DNA from: an uncultured Eubacteriales bacterium
GTDB taxonomy: Bacteria > Bacillota > Clostridia > Christensenellales > CAG-138
Assembly (NCBI GenBank): GCA_902765005.1
Contig: CACWYB010000002.1
Span: 74,553-138,552, forward strand
DNA: 64,000 nt
Direction: 5' to 3'
Shown here: piece after piece, positions 60,143-64,000 of the stretch
How positions within the stretch are numbered: the first letter of the stretch is position 1
How the letters are laid out: the number at the start of each line of letters is the position of its first letter
Translations under genes and position numbers: made by a program
Notes under the pieces: generated by a model
What the model saw: the letters and a program-made list of their open reading frames with translations, nothing else
The model's database searches: none
Told to the model about the DNA's origin: nothing

Positions 60143-61756
60143 TCAATTCCTCTTGCTCATGATCGCCCTCACCAGGAACAGCGCCCCGATCATCAGCACC
60201 AGGGCCAAGGGCAGGGCGATGATCGCGTTGGGCACGAACCCGGCGAAGAGATACGCCACGAAGCTGACCGCGGCCACAGTCATGGCGTAGGGAAGCTGAG
60301 TGGACACATGGGTCACATGGTCGCACTGGGCGCCGGCGCTGGCCATGATGGTGGTATCCGAGATGGGGGAGCAGTGGTCGCCGCAGACCGCCCCGGCCAT
60401 GCAGGCGGACACGCAAACCACGCCAAGAGGCGCCGCCAGGGGGAACACGCCCAAGGTGATGGGGATCAGAATGCCGAAGGTCCCCCAGCTGGTGCCGGTA
60501 GCGAAGGAAAGCCCCACCGCGATCAAAAACACGATGGCGGGCAGGAACGACTGGAAGGACGTGGCGGAGCTCTTGACCAGGGCCTCCACGAACTGCTTGG
60601 CGCCCAGGCTGTCGGTCATGCCCTTCAGCGTCCAGGCAAAGGTGAGGATCAGGATGGCGGGCACCATGGACTTAAATCCCTCGGGAATGCTGCCCGCGAT
60701 CTCCCGGAAGGGGATCACGCCGCGAATAAGATAATAGATCACCGTGATCACCAGGGCCACCGCCGAGCCCAGCATGAGCCCCACAGACGCGTCAGAATTG
60801 GAGAAGGCTTCCACGAACCCGGCCCCCGCGAAGAAGTCGCCGGAGTAGAGCATGCCGGTGACGCAGGCCACGATCAGCACCAGGATGGGCAGCACAAGAT
60901 CCAGCACCTTCCCCTTTGGGTTAGCGGTCTCATTGGCCGCGTCGGCCATGGCCTTCACGCCGGAGAAGACATCGCCCTTCTCTCGGGCATTGCGCTCATG
61001 CTTTGCCATGGGGCCGTAATCCAGGTTGGTTAGGGCCAGGAAGATCATCATGGCGATGGTGAGGATGGCGTAGAAATTAAAGGGGATGGCCCGGATGAAC
61101 AGGTATAGGCCGTTGCCGTCCTCCACATAGGAGCTCACCGCCGCCGCCCAGGAGGACACCGGCGCGATGATGCACACCGGCGCCGCCGTGGCGTCGATGA
61201 GATAGGCCAGCTTGGCTCGGCTGATGCGGCTCTTGTCGGATACGGGCCGCATGACGGAGCCCACGGTGAGGCAGTTGAAATAATCGTCCACGAAGATGAG
61301 CACGCCCAACGCGATGACGGACAGCTGCGCCCCGGCCCGGGTCTTGATGTGTTCGGCGGCCCAGCGCCCGAAGGCGGCGGACCCGCCCGCTTTGTTCATG
61401 AGGACCACCAGGATGCCCAGGATCACCAGGAAAACCAGGATACCCACATTGTATCCGTCGGCCAGGGACCCGACGAAACCGTCGTTGAAGATGTGTGTCA
61501 GGGTCCCTTCAAAGTTGAAGTTGGCGTACAGCAACCCGCCCACCAGGATGCCCACGAACAGGGAAGTGTACACTTCCTTCGTGATCAACGCCAGACCGAT
61601 GGCGATGATGGCCGGTAGCAGCGACCAGAAGGTCTGATAGAAACGGGAGGGAACCTCTGCGTCCCCCTCGCCCTCAGCAAAGGCGGCGACGGTGGTCAAA
61701 AGCAGAAGGATGAGCAGAACGGACAGCAGGGACAGGATTCTTTTTGTGTTTCTCAT
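60143..61756 (-). CDS. NhaC-family Na+/H+ antiporter-like transporter (lysine-riboswitch controlled)
   Basis: I take the start as the ATG at 61756 (RBS AAAGGAG). Polytopic, with FWSLLPAIIAIGLALITKEVYTSLFVGILVGG. Confidence 0.85.
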   Translation of the reverse strand: MRNTKRILSLLSVLLILLLLTTVAAFAEGEGDAEVPSRFYQTFWSLLPAIIAIGLALITKEVYTSLFVGILVGGLLYANFNFEGTLTHIFNDGFVGSLADGYNVGILVFLVILGILVVLMNKAGGSAAFGRWAAEHIKTRAGAQLSVIALGVLIFVDDYFNCLTVGSVMRPVSDKSRISRAKLAYLIDATAAPVCIIAPVSSWAAAVSSYVEDGNGLYLFIRAIPFNFYAILTIAMMIFLALTNLDYGPMAKHERNAREKGDVFSGVKAMADAANETANPKGKVLDLVLPILVLIVACVTGMLYSGDFFAGAGFVEAFSNSDASVGLMLGSAVALVITVIYYLIRGVIPFREIAGSIPEGFKSMVPAILILTFAWTLKGMTDSLGAKQFVEALVKSSATSFQSFLPAIVFLIAVGLSFATGTSWGTFGILIPITLGVFPLAAPLGVVCVSACMAGAVCGDHCSPISDTTIMASAGAQCDHVTHVSTQLPYAMTVAAVSFVAYLFAGFVPNAIIALPLALVLMIGALFLVRAIMSKRN

Positions 61757-61844
61757 GGGAAGACTCCTTTCGCGCAACGGCAAAAATGCAATCAACTGCG
61801 GCATCATGACCCGTCATAACGTCACAGTTGGAAAGATTCCCCCT

Positions 61845-62022
61845 ACCGTCTGACAGCTCTCCGCCCCCTGCGGGAGGCGACAGTGCTGCGGATATTCTCC
61901 GCAGCCCCGGACGCGGATCCGATCAGGCGCTCTTCTCCGCTCCTCGGCGATCCCCCCCTTTCCCCCGTCCGCATGGCCTGCGTCAGGCGGGCTACTCTTG
62001 GTGACCGCAGCCTCTATCATGA
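61845..62022 (-). promoter_or_regulatory. Lysine riboswitch (L-box) aptamer
   Basis: The minus-strand read gatAGAGGctGCggtcaccaAGAGTAgccc...GGAAAGGGGggaTCGCCGAgGagc...GGAGAGCTGTCAgac parallels the B. subtilis lysC leader (ATAGAGGTGCG..AAGAGTA..GAAAGGGGAGCGTCGCCGAAGC..GGCTGTCAAG). Confidence 0.8.
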
Positions 62023-62043
62023 GTATTCAGTTGATGGTGACAT

Positions 62044-62071
62044 AATATACTATATTCCCTCCGTTCGTCAA
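62044..62071 (-). promoter_or_regulatory. Possible promoter of the L-box/NhaC transcript
   Basis: Minus strand: TTGACG (62071-62066), 16 nt, TATATT (62049-62044). Confidence 0.4.
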
Positions 62072-62120
62072 CATGTTTTTTCCCAGTTTCAGGCATTTTT
62101 TGATCGTTCAAACAAAAGCC

Positions 62121-62149
62121 TTGCGCCCCCGGCCCCCGCCTGCTATAAT
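62121..62149 (+). promoter_or_regulatory. Possible promoter of the ThrE-family gene
   Basis: TTGCGC, 17 nt, extended -10 TGcTATAAT (62141-62149). Confidence 0.45.
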
Positions 62150-62184
62150 AGGCTGACTTTAGAAAAACAGGAAGGAACAGGACG

Positions 62185-63447
62185 ATGACGGAACGGGAGC
62201 AGCGGCTGCTGGTGAGCCGGGCGCTGGATATCGGAGAGAGGATGCTGCTGTGCGGCGGCGAGGTGAGCCGGGTGGAGGACACCATCTCCCGCATTCTCAA
62301 GAGCTACGGCGCGGACCGGGTGGAGGTGTTCACCATCCTCTCCTTCATCTCCCTCACCGCCGTCTTCGGCGACCAGGTGCAGACGGAGAACCGCCGGGTG
62401 AGCATCGTGGCCTACTCCAACGATTTCACCCGCCTGGAGCAGCTCAACGCCCTCTCCCGGGACATCTGCCTCAATACGCCCGCCCTCTCTGCCATCGACG
62501 AGAAGCTGGAGGCCATCACCCCCACCCCCCGGCAAAAGCAGCTCAAGGAGCTGTATCTGCTGCTGGGCTATGTGCTCAGCGGCTCGGGCTTCGCGGTGTT
62601 CTTCGGGGGCAGCTGGCTGGACGCCCTGGGGACCGGGCTCTGCTGCATGGCGGTGTGGTTTTTGAACTGGCTGCTGAAAAGGAGCGCCCTGCAGCGGCTG
62701 TTCCACGCCTTCCTCATCTCCTTCATCGCCGGCGCTCTGTGCTATCTTGCCATCCTGCTGGGCCTGGGGGAGCATCCGGGCCAGGTGATGATGGGCGTGA
62801 TCATGGTGCTGATCCCCGGCATCGCCATCACCAACTCCATGCGGGAGATGCTCATCTCCGACACCATCTCCGGCATCCTGCGGCTGGTGGAATCCCTGCT
62901 CATCGCCTCGGCGGTGGCCTTCGGCTTCGCCCTGGCCATGTTCGCCTTTAAGAACTATTTCCCGGAGGAGAACTTCACCTCCCTCACGGCGGACCTGCCC
63001 CTGCTGCAGGTGGCGGCCGCCGCCGTGGGCACATTGGGCTTTGCCATCCTCTTCAACAGCCGGCCGAAGCGGCTGTTCCTGGGCGCCTTGGGCGGAGGCC
63101 TCACCTGGGTGGTCTATCTGCTGGTGTCCCGGTTCCTGGGGCAGGATTTTATCTGCGTGGCCCTGGCCGCAGGGTTCGGCGCCGCCTACGCGGAGATCAT
63201 GGCCCGGGTCTGCAAGGCGCCGGCCACGGTGTTCACCATCCTCTCGGAGATCGCCCTGATCCCCGGCGGGAGCCTGTATATCACCATGCACCACCTGGTG
63301 GGCGGCCGGCAGAGCCAGGCGCTCCAGTTCGGGGCCCACACGATACTCATCGCGCTGGCCATCGCGCTGGGCATTGTGTTCGTCACCGCCTTCTCCACCA
63401 GCTTCTTTTCCCGCAAGCGCCGGGCGGCCACGGGCCACAAGCACTGA
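62185..63447 (+). CDS. Threonine/serine exporter (ThrE) family protein, fused DUF1212+DUF3815-type
   Basis: 420 aa. ALDIGERMLLCGGEVSRVEDTISRIL and 10 predicted TM helices. Confidence 0.85.
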   Translation: MTEREQRLLVSRALDIGERMLLCGGEVSRVEDTISRILKSYGADRVEVFTILSFISLTAVFGDQVQTENRRVSIVAYSNDFTRLEQLNALSRDICLNTPALSAIDEKLEAITPTPRQKQLKELYLLLGYVLSGSGFAVFFGGSWLDALGTGLCCMAVWFLNWLLKRSALQRLFHAFLISFIAGALCYLAILLGLGEHPGQVMMGVIMVLIPGIAITNSMREMLISDTISGILRLVESLLIASAVAFGFALAMFAFKNYFPEENFTSLTADLPLLQVAAAAVGTLGFAILFNSRPKRLFLGALGGGLTWVVYLLVSRFLGQDFICVALAAGFGAAYAEIMARVCKAPATVFTILSEIALIPGGSLYITMHHLVGGRQSQALQFGAHTILIALAIALGIVFVTAFSTSFFSRKRRAATGHKH

Positions 63448-63475
63448 ATATCCAAAGCTGCCCGCCCTTTTCCCA

Positions 63476-63504
63476 TTGACAAACGCCGCCGGCAAGGCTA
63501 TAAT
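63476..63504 (+). promoter_or_regulatory. Consensus sigma-A promoter for the tRNA gene
   Basis: TTGACA (63476-63481), 17 nt, TATAAT (63499-63504). The tRNA begins 16 nt downstream. Confidence 0.75.
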
Positions 63505-63519
63505 AACCATGCTGCGTTT

Positions 63520-63596
63520 GTGCCTGTAGCTCAGCTGGATAGAGCGTTAGACTCCGACTCTAAAGGCCGCACGTTCGAACCGTGTCAGGCACGCCA
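63520..63596 (+). tRNA. tRNA-Arg (anticodon CCG), CCA encoded
   Basis: Manual cloverleaf. Acceptor GTGCCTG/CAGGCAC, D arm GCTC/GAGC, anticodon stem TTAGA/TCTAA with loop CTCCGAC, T arm GCACG-TTCGAAC-CGTGT, discriminator G, CCA. Confidence 0.9.
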
Positions 63597-63598
63597 AA

Positions 63599-63633
63599 AG
63601 AAATACCCCACCGCCTGGTGGGGTATTTCTTTT
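63599..63633 (+). terminator. Intrinsic terminator after the tRNA
   Basis: 12-bp stem agaaatacccca/tggggtatttct followed by TTT. Confidence 0.7.
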
Positions 63634-63651
63634 GCGCACGCTTGCGTGCGG

Positions 63652-63846
63652 GTTCGAACGTAGTTCGCATAGGCGGCGCAGCCGCCTTCCGGCTTCGCTT
63701 CCTATTAGCTTCCATTCAAAGCGAAGCCGTAGCGTGTCAGGCACGTTACTGAGCGCAGTTCGAACATAGTTCGCATACGGGGCGGAACGCCCCGTCCCGG
63801 AATCGTTTCCTTCCGAAGCTTCCATTCAAAACGATTCCGTAGCGTG
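63652..63846. repeat. Two tandem ~90-nt structured repeat units (three hairpins each)
   Basis: Unit 1 is 63652-63736 and unit 2 is 63758-63846. Conserved parts are ttcgaac(g/a)tagttcgcata, agcttccattca and ccgtagcgtg. The variable stems stay perfectly paired. Confidence 0.65.
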
Positions 63847-63919
63847 GAGTTTTGCACATGCAAAACTCCGTGCATCGTCGGCTTGCCCGACGATGCGACG
63901 GCAGAGCACGCCAGAACCC

Positions 63920-63947
63920 CCGAAAACACTGTGTTTTCGGATTTTTT
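63920..63947 (+). terminator. Intrinsic terminator closing the hairpin-rich region
   Basis: ccgaaaaca-ctg-tgttttcgg followed by aTTTTTT. Confidence 0.7.
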
Positions 63948-64000
63948 GTTCTTTATAGCACATACTGTAGCACATTTTTTCTACAAAGCATCGGAAGAGG

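Noticed and set aside
63597-64000. Prophage or integrative element inserted at the tRNA-Arg 3' end
   Set aside because: Only a 13-nt duplicate of the tRNA end is visible. No integrase, excisionase or phage genes occur within the remaining 400 nt of the window. It is reported as an open question rather than a mobile-element feature.

Overview
This is a chromosomal segment from a high-GC Firmicute of the Clostridia type. GC looks like roughly 60-65 % by eye; this was not computed. Supporting signals are gdpP-rplI-dnaB synteny, a T-box and an L-box. Most of the window is ordinary: the replication/translation genes gdpP'-rplI-dnaB, a BceRS-BceAB-type peptide-antibiotic sensing/efflux module, T-box::tyrS, a MATE pump, small hydrolases, a liv-type branched-chain amino-acid ABC importer, an L-box::NhaC antiporter, a ThrE exporter and tRNA-Arg(CCG). 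Four accessory regions stand out. (1) Positions ~28.0-45.9 kb form a compositionally distinct block. It holds a 4317-aa mosaic surface protein, followed immediately by an unannotated 32-aa acidic peptide gene. Next comes a translationally coupled operon: HPr-kinase-like protein, PqqD-type RRE, Ser/His signal-peptidase-like protease, ABC exporter and nucleotidyltransferase. This is a RiPP-like system carrying the accessory genes of Firmicute lasso-peptide clusters but no lasso cyclase or B2 protease. I consider it the best candidate for an undescribed system. (2) A MacAB/YknXYZ-like exporter has two different membrane-fusion proteins, one with a Met/Asp-rich tail and one with a large insertion. 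(3) There is a macrodomain + SirTM-type sirtuin pair, and a four-gene operon of SGNH, DUF4358, MBOAT and DHHW proteins. (4) Several small signals fall below the ORF-track cutoff. These are an Ile/Val/Leu-rich 27-aa leader peptide with terminator/antiterminator pairing upstream of the liv operon, a composite palindromic repeat present at two loci, and tandem structured repeats with compensatory substitutions next to the tRNA. All protein-family calls rest on motif recognition in the supplied translations; no database search was run. Many long antisense ORFs in the track are high-GC shadow ORFs and were rejected.
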